Positions 1 to 8,797 of a stretch of DNA of 64,000 bases are shown in pieces. Each line of letters begins with the position of its first letter. The stretch's first letter is position 1. The stretch comes from Anaeromyxobacteraceae bacterium (GTDB taxonomy: Bacteria; Myxococcota; Myxococcia; Myxococcales; Anaeromyxobacteraceae): NCBI GenBank assembly GCA_047602405.1, contig JASGHJ010000002.1, positions 2,432,001 to 2,496,000 on the forward strand, written 5' to 3'. The notes beneath the pieces are model-generated. The model was given only the letters and a program-made list of their open reading frames with translations, was not told the DNA's origin and made no database searches. Both the position numbers and the translations under genes were made by a program.

Positions 1-2
1 GC

Positions 3-179
3 GGGGACATCGTGTACGGCCAGGTCGGGGCGCGGGTGACGCTCGGCTCCTTCTCCCTGGGCGCGAGCGTGAAGCGGGCGCTCGCGAAGGCGCTCAACGA
101 GGCCGCGGAGCAGCAAGGCTCCGAGGGGCTCGAGACGCTGCGCGCCTCGCTCACCCTCGCGTGGGCGACGCGCCTCTAG
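3..179 (+). CDS. 3' end of a gene running in from the left edge; probable outer-membrane beta-barrel / metal transporter
   Basis: Open frame GDIVYGQVGARVTLGSFSLGASVKRALAKALNEAAEQQGSEGLETLRASLTLAWATRL* ending TAG at 177-179, 6 nt before cbiM; alternating hydrophobic beta-strand pattern. Confidence 0.55.
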   Translation, partial: GDIVYGQVGARVTLGSFSLGASVKRALAKALNEAAEQQGSEGLETLRASLTLAWATRL

Positions 180-185
180 GTCACC

Positions 186-828
186 ATGCACGTCCCGGAC
201 GGCTTCCTCTCGCCCCAGGTCACGCTCCCCGCGTTCGCGGCCTCGGCGCCGCTGTGGGCCTGGGCCGCGCGGCGCCACCTCGGGCGCAGCGCGGCGGACT
301 CGCTCCCCGTCGTGGGCGCGCTCACGGCGCTCGCGCTCGTGGTGCAGACGATCATCGATCCCGGTGCCGGGCGGGACCTCGACCCACCTCGTGGGCGTGA
401 TGCTGCTCGCGCTCCTGTACGACCCGCTCCTCGCGTTCCTGTGCGAGTCGCTGGTGCTCCTCGTGCAGGCGCTCCTCACCGGCGCCGGCGGGGTCACCGT
501 CATCGGCGTGAACGCCCTCGCGATGGGGCTCCTGGGGCCCTTCGCGGGATGGCTCGTGTGGAAGGCGCTGCGGCGGGTCTCGGAGAAGGTCGCGCTCTTC
601 GTCGCGGGGTGGCTCTCGATGCAGGTCTCGACCGCGGCGGTCGCGGGGGCCCTCGTCCTGCAGCACCGGCTCGATCCCACGTACTTTCCCACTCGCCCGG
701 AGGTGGTGCTCGCGGGCATGATGGTGCCCAGCCTCGCGGTGACCGGCGTCGTCGAGGGGCTCTACACCCTGTTCGCCTTCTCGCTGCTCGCGCGCGCGAA
801 GGTCCCCGGCACCGGGAGGTCACCGTGA
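186..828 (+). CDS. cbiM: Energy-coupling-factor Ni/Co permease S component (CbiM/NikM family); one apparent +1 frameshift at ~356
   Basis: N-terminal MHVPDGFL signature continues in another frame as (I)PVPGGTSTHLVG...IGVNALAMG; removing one base at 354-360 restores a single ORF. Confidence 0.85.
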
Positions 829-1244
829 TCGAGCGCATCGGCGTGTCGCTGGAGGGCGAGCTGCTCCAGCAGTTCGACCGGCTCATCGAGCAGAAGGGCT
901 ACCAGAACCGCTCGGAGGCCATCCGCGACCTCATCCGCGACGCCCTCGTGCAGCGGCAGTGGTCGGAGTCGGACGGCAAGGAGGAGCGGGTCGCGGTCGC
1001 GACGCTCGTCTACGACCACGACTCGCAGAGCCTCGCGCAGAAGCTCGCGCACATCCAGCACGAGAACCACAAGGCGGTCGTGTCGGCGCTGCACGTCCAC
1101 ATGGACGAGCACAACTGCCTCGAGGTGCTCGTCCTGCGCGGGCGAGGCCGCGACATCGTGCGGATGGGCGAGGGGCTCGTCGCGACGAAGGGCGTGAAGT
1201 ACGGCCGGCTCGTGCCGGCGACGACCGGGCAGGACCTCCGGTAG
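825..1244 (+). CDS. nikR: Nickel-responsive transcriptional regulator NikR
   Basis: RIGVSL...FDRLI...GYQNRSEAIRDLIRD ribbon-helix-helix; YDH...QH...LHVHMDEHNCLEV Ni-binding domain; GTGA overlap with cbiM stop. Confidence 0.95.
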   Translation: MIERIGVSLEGELLQQFDRLIEQKGYQNRSEAIRDLIRDALVQRQWSESDGKEERVAVATLVYDHDSQSLAQKLAHIQHENHKAVVSALHVHMDEHNCLEVLVLRGRGRDIVRMGEGLVATKGVKYGRLVPATTGQDLR

Positions 1245-1298
1245 GGCTCGGGTCGAGGGGGGGGCGCTCGACCGGCGGCACCCGGCAGATCCGGCGCC

Positions 1299-1349
1299 CG
1301 CCCCTCGTCTCCGACGCCGCTTCGCGGCGTCTACGCTCGGGGCGAACGG
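1299..1349. repeat. REP-like palindromic element, copy 1 (GTAG-tagged on the minus strand)
   Basis: cgcccc-tcgtctcc-GACGCCGC ttc GCGGCGTC-tacgctc-ggggcg-aacgg; same length and flanks as the copy at 48127-48177; lies between convergent genes. Confidence 0.8.
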
Positions 1350-1554
1350 TGACTGGAGCCTGAGGCTCGGGGCCTCACGCTAGGGCGAACGGTGACTGGA
1401 GCCTGAGGCTCGGGGCCTCACGCTAGGGCGAACGGTGACTGGAGCCTGAGGCTCGGGGCCGCACACTAGGGCGAACGGTGACTGGAGCCTGAGGCTCGGG
1501 GCCTCACGCTAGGGCGAACGGTGACTGGAACCTGAGGCTCGGGGCCTCACCCTA
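1340..1554. repeat. Tandem array of 5 x 43 bp
   Basis: Unit gggcgaacggtgactggagcctgaggctcggggcctcacgcta starts at 1340, 1383, 1426, 1469, 1512 with few substitutions; each has a TGAGGC-tcggg-GCCTCA hairpin; no spacers. Confidence 0.97.
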
Positions 1555-2230
1555 GGGCGCCCGCTTTTCCCGCGCGGGCAGCTCCTTCGGCTCGCCCTCC
1601 GGAGACCTCGGGCGCGCCGGCGGCTGGTGCTCGGCCATCCACTGCGCGCGCGCCACGAGCATCGCGTCGACCTTCGTGGACTGGACCGGGGTGAGCACCG
1701 GGCGGATCGCCTCGACGGAGGCGCGGTCGAGCTTCTCGAGGTCGGCCATGAGCTGCCGGGTCTTGTCCTCGGAGCCGGACGCCGCGCCCGCGCCGGGTGG
1801 AGGTCCGCCGTCGCCGCGGGGGCCGCCCAATCCGCCGCCCGGCGCCCCCATCCCGCCTCCCATGTCCCCGCCCGGCGGTCCGCCGCCCTCGCCGCCGGCG
1901 CCGATCCCCACGCCCATCCCGCCCGCGTTCGCCTGCATCCCGAACCGCGGGCCCGCGCCGCCGCGTCCCCCGCCCCGCTGGAGCTCGCCGAGGCGGTCCC
2001 GGGTCCGCTGCTCGAGCTCGCTCGCCTTGAGCTCGATCGTCATGAATCTGATCCCCGGTGAGCCCGAGCGCCTCGCGGTTCCGGAGCAGGAGCTTCAGCG
2101 TGGACTCGGGGAGCATGAGCCGCTCGCCCTCCGGCGGGCGGCCCTGCGCCCGGGCGTGAGGGGCGGCGCCCAGGAGCGGCGCGGCGAGCAGGAGGAGGAG
2201 GAGGAGGAGGACCCTGGGTCGAAGGGGCAT
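1552..2230 (-). CDS. Secreted Gly/Pro-rich helical protein, Spy/CpxP-like; apparent frameshift at ~2046
   Basis: Signal peptide MPLRPRVLLLLLLLLAAPLLGAAPHARA, LLRNREALGLTGDQI then continues in ORF 1552..2043 (…VLTPVQSTKV, LTxxQ-like motifs). Confidence 0.6.
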
Positions 2231-2342
2231 GGCGCGGATTGTAAGCCCGCCGCGCCCCGGGGCCCGCGTGACGGAATGTGCGCGCGGCCCGCCGTTCCGT
2301 TGGACGCCGCTCGGACCGGCGGGGCATCCTCCTGGGCCAGGG

Positions 2343-3575
2343 ATGCTCCCCACCCCCTCCGACCCGCGGGCCTGGAACCGCGCCCGCCTCGGCGTCGGCC
2401 TCGCGGGGTTCTCCTCGTTCCTGGGCGTCTACGCGACCCAGCCGCTCCTCCCCACGCTCGAGCGCACCTTCGGCGTGAGCGAGGCGACCGCCGCCTTGAC
2501 GGTCTCCGGCTCCACCATCGCCATCGCGATCGCCTCGCCCTTCGCAGGCCTCGTCGCGGCCCGCGCCGACCACCGGCGGGTCATCGCGATGGCCGCGCTC
2601 CTCCTCTCCGTCCCGATGCTGCTCGCGGCCACCGCGACGAGCATCCCGGTGCTCGTGATGTGGCGCGCGGCGCACGGGCTCGTGGTCCCGTTCACGTACG
2701 CCGTGGCGGTGGCCTACATCTCGGAGGAGTGGCCGACCGAGGGGGTCGGGCGCGCGATGTCGTCGCTCCTCACCGGCAACATCCTCGGCGGCGCCTCCGG
2801 CCGGATCATCGGCGGCACCGCCGCGTCGCTCGGCGGCTGGCGCGCCGCGTTCGTGGCGCTCGGGCTCACGACGCTCGCCGGGGCCCTCGCCGCCTCCCGC
2901 GCGCTCGCCGCGCCCGAGGGTGCCCACCGGCGCGCGAGCACCCCACCGGCGCACGGCGGCGGCCTCGTCGGGAGCCTCGGGCTGCTCGTCCGGCACCCGC
3001 GCCTCGCCGCCACCTGCGCGGTCGGCTTCAACGTCCTCTTCACGCAGGTCGCGACCTTCACCTACGTCACGTTCCACCTCGCCGGCTCGCCCCACCACCT
3101 CGGGCCCCGCGCGCTCGGGTGGCTCTTCCTCGTCTACCTCGTCGGCGCGGCGGCGACGCCGGTCGCAGGCCGCCTCGTGGACCGGGTCGGCTCGCGTCGG
3201 GTCCTCTGGACCGCGCTCGCGACCGTCGTCGCGGGCTGCGCCATCACCCTCGCGCCCTCGGTGGCCATGGTCGCGGCCGGCCTCACCGCGATCTGCACCG
3301 GGGTCTTCGTGAGCCAGGTCGCGTCCACCACGTTCCTGCGCGCCGTGGCGCCGGCCGGCACCCGGGGCGCGGCGTCCGGCCTCTACGTGTCCTCCTACTA
3401 CGTGGGCGGCGCCGCGGGCGCCGTCGTGCCGGCGCTCGCCTGGGAGCGCGGGGGCTGGCCCGCCACCGTCGCGGTCGTCGCCGGGGTCCAGCTCCTCACG
3501 CTCGCGATCGCCTGGCGGGCCTGGCGGTCGCCGCCGGCCGCGCCGCCCGGCCCGACCGTGCTCGAGCCGGGGTAG
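2343..3575 (+). CDS. MFS transporter (YnfM-like)
   Basis: About 12 TM segments; YATQPLLP, AYISEEW, GRLVDRVGSRR, GAASGLYVSSYYVGG motifs. Confidence 0.9.
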   Translation: MLPTPSDPRAWNRARLGVGLAGFSSFLGVYATQPLLPTLERTFGVSEATAALTVSGSTIAIAIASPFAGLVAARADHRRVIAMAALLLSVPMLLAATATSIPVLVMWRAAHGLVVPFTYAVAVAYISEEWPTEGVGRAMSSLLTGNILGGASGRIIGGTAASLGGWRAAFVALGLTTLAGALAASRALAAPEGAHRRASTPPAHGGGLVGSLGLLVRHPRLAATCAVGFNVLFTQVATFTYVTFHLAGSPHHLGPRALGWLFLVYLVGAAATPVAGRLVDRVGSRRVLWTALATVVAGCAITLAPSVAMVAAGLTAICTGVFVSQVASTTFLRAVAPAGTRGAASGLYVSSYYVGGAAGAVVPALAWERGGWPATVAVVAGVQLLTLAIAWRAWRSPPAAPPGPTVLEPG

Positions 3576-3669
3576 GCGCCCGGCCCGTTCCAGCCGGGGA
3601 ACGGTCTCTTCCCGGAGGTGGCGTTGTGGCCGCCGGGCCGCGGCCTTACATCCCCCGCCGGAGGTCGTG

Positions 3670-4521
3670 ATGACGGAGCGCCAGGTGAAGGACGTGATCG
3701 TGCCGATGGCGGCGAGCGACGGCGCCGGCGTGCGCCTGAAGCGCAGCATCGCGACGCCCTACCTCGACCACCTCGACCCGTTCTTCCTCTTCGACCACTT
3801 CGGGTCCGACAACGCAGACGACTACGTCGCCGGCTTCCCCATGCACCCGCACCGCGGCATCGAGACCATCACGTACATGCTCGACGGCAGCGTCTCGCAT
3901 CGTGACAGCCTCGGCAACGAGGGCACCATCGGCGCGGGCGACGTGCAGTGGATGACCGCGGGCAGCGGCATCATGCACGAGGAGATGCCGCACGCCGGCC
4001 CGAAGCGGCTCGACGGCTTCCGAATCTGGGTGAACCTGCCGCGGAAGCTCAAGATGACCGCGCCGCGCTACCAGGACGTCCCCGGCGCGAGCATCCCGGA
4101 GGTCGCGACCGCCGCCGGCGCGAAGGTGCGGGTGGTGGCCGGGAAGGTCGAGGGCGTGGAGGGCGCGGTGAAGGACATCTTCGCCGGCCCGACGTACCTC
4201 GACGTGAAGCTCCCCGCGGGCGGCACCTTCGAGCAGCCGGTCCCGCGCGGCCACACCGGGCTCCTCTACGTCTACGGCGGCGAGGTGGACGTGGCCGGGA
4301 AGGCCGTCGCCGCGACGCGCCTCGCCATCCTCTCCGACGGCGACGTCCTGCGCGCCCGGGCCCCGGGCGCGCCGGCGCGGTTCCTGCTCCTCTCCGCCCA
4401 GCCGCTCGAGGAGCCGGCGGTGCGGTACGGGCCGTTCGTCATGAACACCGAGGACGAGATCCGCCAGGCCATCCGGGAGCTCCGGAACGGCACGTTCGTG
4501 AAGACCACCGCGGCGCGGTAG
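3670..4521 (+). CDS. Pirin family protein
   Basis: DPFFLFDHF, GFPMHPHRGIETITY, VQWMTAGSGIMHEEMP, YGPFVMNT; GGAGG RBS upstream. Confidence 0.95.
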   Translation: MTERQVKDVIVPMAASDGAGVRLKRSIATPYLDHLDPFFLFDHFGSDNADDYVAGFPMHPHRGIETITYMLDGSVSHRDSLGNEGTIGAGDVQWMTAGSGIMHEEMPHAGPKRLDGFRIWVNLPRKLKMTAPRYQDVPGASIPEVATAAGAKVRVVAGKVEGVEGAVKDIFAGPTYLDVKLPAGGTFEQPVPRGHTGLLYVYGGEVDVAGKAVAATRLAILSDGDVLRARAPGAPARFLLLSAQPLEEPAVRYGPFVMNTEDEIRQAIRELRNGTFVKTTAAR

Positions 4522-4533
4522 GCTCCGGGGCTC

Positions 4534-6450
4534 ATGGCCCTCCACCGTCGCGAGTTCCTCTCCCTCTCCGCCCTCGGCGCGCTCGGGCTCTCCGCCTCCG
4601 ACGCGCTCGCCCTCGCCGAGGTGGCCGGCCCGGCGCCCCGGCTCGAGCCCTTCCCGCTGTCCCGGGTCCGGCTCCTCGACGGCCCGCTGCGCGACGCCGC
4701 GGCCGTGAACCGCCGGCACCTCCTCGCGCTCGACCCGGACCGGCTCCTCCACACCTTCCGGCTCACCGCGGGGTTGCCGTCGTCGGCCGCGCCGCTCGGC
4801 GGCTGGGAGTCGCCCGACAACGAGCTCCGCGGCCACTTCACCGGCCACCTCCTGTCGGCCTGCGCGCAGGCGGGCGCCCACGACGGGGACGCCGCGCTCC
4901 GCGCCCGCGGCGTCGTGCTCGTCGAGGGCCTCGCCGCGTGCCAGGCCCGGCTCGGCACGGGCTACCTCTCGGCGTTCCCGGAGGAGCTCTTCGACCGCCT
5001 GCGAGCGGGGAAGCCCGCGTGGGCGCCGTTCTACACGCTGCACAAGCTCATGGCCGGGCTCCTCGACAGCTGGCAGCTCTCCGGGAGCGACACGGCCAGG
5101 AAGGTGCTGCACGGGATGGTCGAGTGGACCGCCCGCTGGGTGCAGCCGCTCGGCGAGGACGCCATGGCGCGCGTGCTCGAGCGCGAGTACGGCGGGATGA
5201 ACGAGACCCTCTACGCGTACGCCGCCCTCACCGGCCAGGCGCGCTGGCGCGAGCTCGCGCACCGCTTCGACCGCGAACGGATCCTCGGCCCGCTCGCCGC
5301 CGGGAAGGACGAGCTCCAGAGGCTGCACGTCAACACGACGATCCCTCAGGTGATCGGCGCCGCCCGCGGCGCGGAGGTGACCGGCGACGCCCGGCTCGGC
5401 CGCGCGGCGCGGTACCTCTGGGCCACCGTCACCGAGCGGCGCTGTTACTGCACGGGGGGCACCAGCAACGAGGAGTCCTGGAACCGGCCGCCCGGCGAGC
5501 TCGCGCAGGAGCTCTCCGGCTACACGCAGGAGTGCTGCGTCACCTACAACCTCAGGAAGCTCGGCCGGCACCTGCTCGCCTGGACCGGCGACGCGCGGAT
5601 CGCCGACCACCACGAGCGCACGCTCTGGAACGGCATCCTCGGCGTGCAGCACCCCGCCGACGGCGCGAAGCTCTACTACGTGCCGCTCGCGCCGGGCTTC
5701 TGGAAGCTTTTCGGGACCCCGCTCCACGACTTCTGGTGCTGCAGCGGGAGCATGGCCGAGGCGTTCGCGACGCTCGGCGAGGGCGTGTACTGGAAGGACG
5801 ATCGCGGCCTCTACGTGAGCCAGTACGTCGCGTCCACGCTCGACTGGACCGAGCAGGGCCTGCGGCTCGAGCAGCGGACCCGCTTCCCCGCCGAGGACAC
5901 CGTCCGCTTCACCGTCCACGCCGCCCGCCCCGTGCGCACGACGATCCGCTTCCGCGTCCCCGGCTGGTGCCGCGGCGGCGCGGCCACGCTGAACGGCCGC
6001 GCGCTCGAGGCGTTCGCCGAGCCCGGCAGCTGGTTCGCGCTCTCGCGCGAGTGGCGCGACGGGGACCGCCTCGAGCTCAGGCTCCCCATGCGCCTCGCCG
6101 CCGCGCCGATGCCGGACGACCCGGACCTCGTCGCCGCCACCCACGGCCCCGTGGTGCTCGCGGCCCGCCTCGGCGCTGAGGGGCTCACCGACGCCACCCG
6201 TCGCGCGCCGCCCACGAAGCCCCGGACGGTGCCGGAGTACCCGCTCCCCGCGGTGCCCGCACCGGACGTGGTCGCGGCCTCGACCGATCCCTCGACCTGG
6301 CTCGAGCCCGTGCCGGGGAAGCCCCTCGAGTTCCAGACCCGCGGCCAGGCGCGGCCGCTGCGCCTCTCGCCGCTCATGGACGTCTTCGACGAGCGGTACG
6401 CGGTGTATCTGAGGGTGAGGCCGGAGGCCGGGAAGGCCGGGCAGCCGTGA
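4534..6450 (+). CDS. Tat-exported glycoside hydrolase, GH127/GH146 beta-L-arabinofuranosidase-like
   Basis: RREFL Tat motif; LGGWE, LRGHFTGHLLSA, WAPFYTLHK, EYGGMNE, HVNTTIP, ECCVTYN, FWCCSGS. Confidence 0.9.
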   Translation: MALHRREFLSLSALGALGLSASDALALAEVAGPAPRLEPFPLSRVRLLDGPLRDAAAVNRRHLLALDPDRLLHTFRLTAGLPSSAAPLGGWESPDNELRGHFTGHLLSACAQAGAHDGDAALRARGVVLVEGLAACQARLGTGYLSAFPEELFDRLRAGKPAWAPFYTLHKLMAGLLDSWQLSGSDTARKVLHGMVEWTARWVQPLGEDAMARVLEREYGGMNETLYAYAALTGQARWRELAHRFDRERILGPLAAGKDELQRLHVNTTIPQVIGAARGAEVTGDARLGRAARYLWATVTERRCYCTGGTSNEESWNRPPGELAQELSGYTQECCVTYNLRKLGRHLLAWTGDARIADHHERTLWNGILGVQHPADGAKLYYVPLAPGFWKLFGTPLHDFWCCSGSMAEAFATLGEGVYWKDDRGLYVSQYVASTLDWTEQGLRLEQRTRFPAEDTVRFTVHAARPVRTTIRFRVPGWCRGGAATLNGRALEAFAEPGSWFALSREWRDGDRLELRLPMRLAAAPMPDDPDLVAATHGPVVLAARLGAEGLTDATRRAPPTKPRTVPEYPLPAVPAPDVVAASTDPSTWLEPVPGKPLEFQTRGQARPLRLSPLMDVFDERYAVYLRVRPEAGKAGQP

Positions 6451-6908
6451 GCCGGCGAGCGGGCCTCCTCCTGCTGGTCCTGGCCGCGGCCGCCTGCAAG
6501 GGGCAGCCGACGGAGCGAGAGCAGGCCGAGGCCGTCATCCGGGACCTCCAGCGGTCGCACGTCGACGCCAACGTCCCGACGGAGGCAGACTTCGACCGGC
6601 TGCTTCGCCGCGATCTCACGGGCTACTTCACCAGGCTCCGGAATGCTCCGGTCGAGGCCAGCTACGAACTCCTGCGCGAAAGCCCGACGCAGTCCGGGAT
6701 CGCCTTCCCGAAGTACTACCTCTGGATACGCCTGGGGCCTGGAGGCCAGCCGAAGGACCGCGGCGCGGTGCGCGTGGCGGCCATCCAGGGCGAGCGGTTC
6801 GAGGTGACGGACTTCCTCTCCGAGGAGGACATCCGGCAGGGCGCCCGGATCGAGCAGGTGTTCCCGGAGCCCGTCTGCGAGCGGATCCGCGGGTTGATGG
6901 GCCGGTAG
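6447..6908 (+). CDS. Hypothetical lipoprotein
   Basis: Lipobox LAAAAC; GTGA overlap with upstream stop; coding-like composition. Confidence 0.7.
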   Translation: MSRRAGLLLLVLAAAACKGQPTEREQAEAVIRDLQRSHVDANVPTEADFDRLLRRDLTGYFTRLRNAPVEASYELLRESPTQSGIAFPKYYLWIRLGPGGQPKDRGAVRVAAIQGERFEVTDFLSEEDIRQGARIEQVFPEPVCERIRGLMGR

Positions 6909-6934
6909 GGCGCTCGCGGGACCGGGCAGCCGCC

Positions 6935-7678
6935 CATCTTGAATTCGGCAGAGATCGTCAGGGAGGCGGATCAGCCGCCGCCGACCGGCGTCTCGTCCAC
7001 CTCCAGGAGCCCGTGCCTCCTCCAGCCGGTCGAGAGCAGCCATGACTGCGCCGGCGCGACGAACCGATCGCCGCCGGGCTCGGGATCGACGTGGCGCCAG
7101 CCGTCGAACCAGCGGCCCGAGGAGCGCGGATCGATCCAGGTCGGGTCGACGATGCGGTCCGCCTGCTTCGGCGTGTGGCGGCGGGCGTTCTGGAGGACGT
7201 AGACGAGGGCGTTGCGCACCTCGCGCGGGGTCTTGAGGAGCCTCACGTGGTGGCGGTCGCGGAACACCGCGCCGCTGCGCCCGAGTGCAGCGTTGAGGCC
7301 GCGGGCGATGCGCACGGAGAGGCCCTGGATGGTGCGGGAGAGCGCCTCGGGGGAAGTCGCCTCCACGACCAGGTGCAGGTGGTTGGAGATCACGACGAAG
7401 TGCACGACGCGCGCGCCGCTGCGCTCCCGAAGGCCCTCGAGCGCCCGCACGACGACTGCGAAGGGCTCCGGGCCGCGCAGGCTCGGGAGGCCGTCGACCG
7501 TCCGCAGCGTCACGTGCGCGGGGAAGTTCCTGGTTATTCGGGGCCGCCGGACGTGCGAGACGCGCTCCGGGTTGCGCGGGCGGCCCGCGCCCGGGCGGCG
7601 CCCTCCGTGCGAGCGGAAGGGGAGGTCGCGCTGCGCGCGCTGTGCGGGTCGCCGTGGCATCTTGAATTCGGCAGAGAT
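6935..7678 (-). mobile_element. Putative Y1/HUH transposase element bounded by identical 21-bp direct repeats
   Basis: catcttgaattcggcagagat at 6935-6955 and 7658-7678 bracket the transposase gene. Confidence 0.65.
6971..7660 (-). CDS. Y1_Tnp (IS200/RAYT-like) HUH tyrosine transposase
   Basis: HVTLR strand, HUH motif SNHLHLVVE, VFRDRHH, catalytic Tyr in YVLQN; N-terminal GGRRPGAGRP motif; ATG at 7660. Confidence 0.88.
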   Translation of the reverse strand: MPRRPAQRAQRDLPFRSHGGRRPGAGRPRNPERVSHVRRPRITRNFPAHVTLRTVDGLPSLRGPEPFAVVVRALEGLRERSGARVVHFVVISNHLHLVVEATSPEALSRTIQGLSVRIARGLNAALGRSGAVFRDRHHVRLLKTPREVRNALVYVLQNARRHTPKQADRIVDPTWIDPRSSGRWFDGWRHVDPEPGGDRFVAPAQSWLLSTGWRRHGLLEVDETPVGGG

Positions 7679-7802
7679 GATCGGATGGGCCTCCGACACT
7701 CGCCGATCCGGCACCGCCCGCCTCCCTGCGCTCTTTGCCGACCCCGGCAACATGCTCTACAACCGCCCGAGGCCAGCTGGAGCGGAGGAGCGCGAAAGGA
7801 CC

Positions 7803-8228
7803 ATGACGAGCGAAGAGGCGACGAACAGGAACAAGCAGGCGGTGGTGCGCTTCAACAAGGAGGTCATCGAGGGCGGCAGCGAGGCCGTCTTTCGCGAGCT
7901 CATGGCGCCGGACTTCGTGAACCGCACCGCCGCGCCCGGGAGCCCCGCCGGCGCGGAGGGCATGCTCTTCACCTTCAACCAGGTCCTCCGCCCCGCGCTC
8001 CCCGACCTCACCGTGGAGATCCACGATCAGGTCGCCGAGGGGGACAAGGTGACGACGCGCAAGACGCTCCGCGGGACGCACCGCGGGACGCTCCTCGGCG
8101 TGGCCGCCACGAACAGGCCGATCGCGATCGAGGTGATCGACATCGTCCGGCTGCGCGACGGTCGCTACGTCGAGCACTGGGGCATCAACACCCTGCAGGG
8201 CGTGCTCGCCCAGCTGCGCGCCGGCTAG
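7803..8228 (+). CDS. SnoaL-like ester cyclase
   Basis: NKQAVVRF, PDLTVEIHDQVAEGDKV, GTHRG, IDIVRLRDGRYVEHW. Confidence 0.9.
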   Translation: MTSEEATNRNKQAVVRFNKEVIEGGSEAVFRELMAPDFVNRTAAPGSPAGAEGMLFTFNQVLRPALPDLTVEIHDQVAEGDKVTTRKTLRGTHRGTLLGVAATNRPIAIEVIDIVRLRDGRYVEHWGINTLQGVLAQLRAG

Positions 8229-8400
8229 GCACGCCCCCCCCCGCCGGGTCGGGTGACCTCGTCGGCTTCGTGCATCGCCCCCCCGGGTCCGCGCGGCCCG
8301 GCGGCGCGGGCTCCGACCGCGGGTCCCGATCTCCGGCTCGGGTGGGGGTCGATGTTCCCTGGCGCGGGGCTCGGGGGTCGAACCGGCAGGAGGTCCGATC

Positions 8401-8793
8401 ATGTCGGCCAAGCTGGTCTCGTCCCTCGCCCTCACCGTCACCCTCGCCGCGTGTGGAGGCAGCTCCTCGGAAAGCGGGGCGCCGGGCGGGTGCACGCCGG
8501 GCACCTCGGCGAGCATCGCCATCTCCGCGAGCGGCGTCTCGCCCAAGGCGGTCTGCGTGAAGCCGGGCGGGACCGTGACGTTCACGAACAACGACACCGC
8601 GGCGCACGACATCGAGTCCGGCGCCACCTGCACGGCCCTCAACCTCGGCGCCATCGCCGCGGCGGGGACCGCCACCGCCACCTTCCCGACCGCGCAGACC
8701 TGCACCTTCCACGACCAGGGGGATCCGTCGAACACGGCGTTCCAGGGCACCGTGGCCGTGTCGAGCGGCCAGGTCACCGGCCCCGGGTACTGA
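8401..8793 (+). CDS. Cupredoxin-like lipoprotein
   Basis: Lipobox LAAC; PKAVCVKPGGTVTFTNNDTAAHDI ... TFHD; AGGAGG RBS. Confidence 0.7.
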   Translation: MSAKLVSSLALTVTLAACGGSSSESGAPGGCTPGTSASIAISASGVSPKAVCVKPGGTVTFTNNDTAAHDIESGATCTALNLGAIAAAGTATATFPTAQTCTFHDQGDPSNTAFQGTVAVSSGQVTGPGY

Positions 8794-8797
8794 CCGC

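Noticed and set aside
186..1244. 352-aa CbiM-NikR fusion in the ORF track
   Set aside because: Artefact of the +1 indel at ~356; the middle is out-of-frame cbiM and nikR has its own GTG at 825.
1340..1554. Possible CRISPR array
   Set aside because: Units are contiguous and near-identical with no unique spacers; no cas genes in the window.
6971..7660. IS605/IS607-type element with TnpB or another RNA-guided nuclease
   Set aside because: No RuvC/zinc-finger ORF is adjacent; the flanks are a lipoprotein gene and a SnoaL gene.
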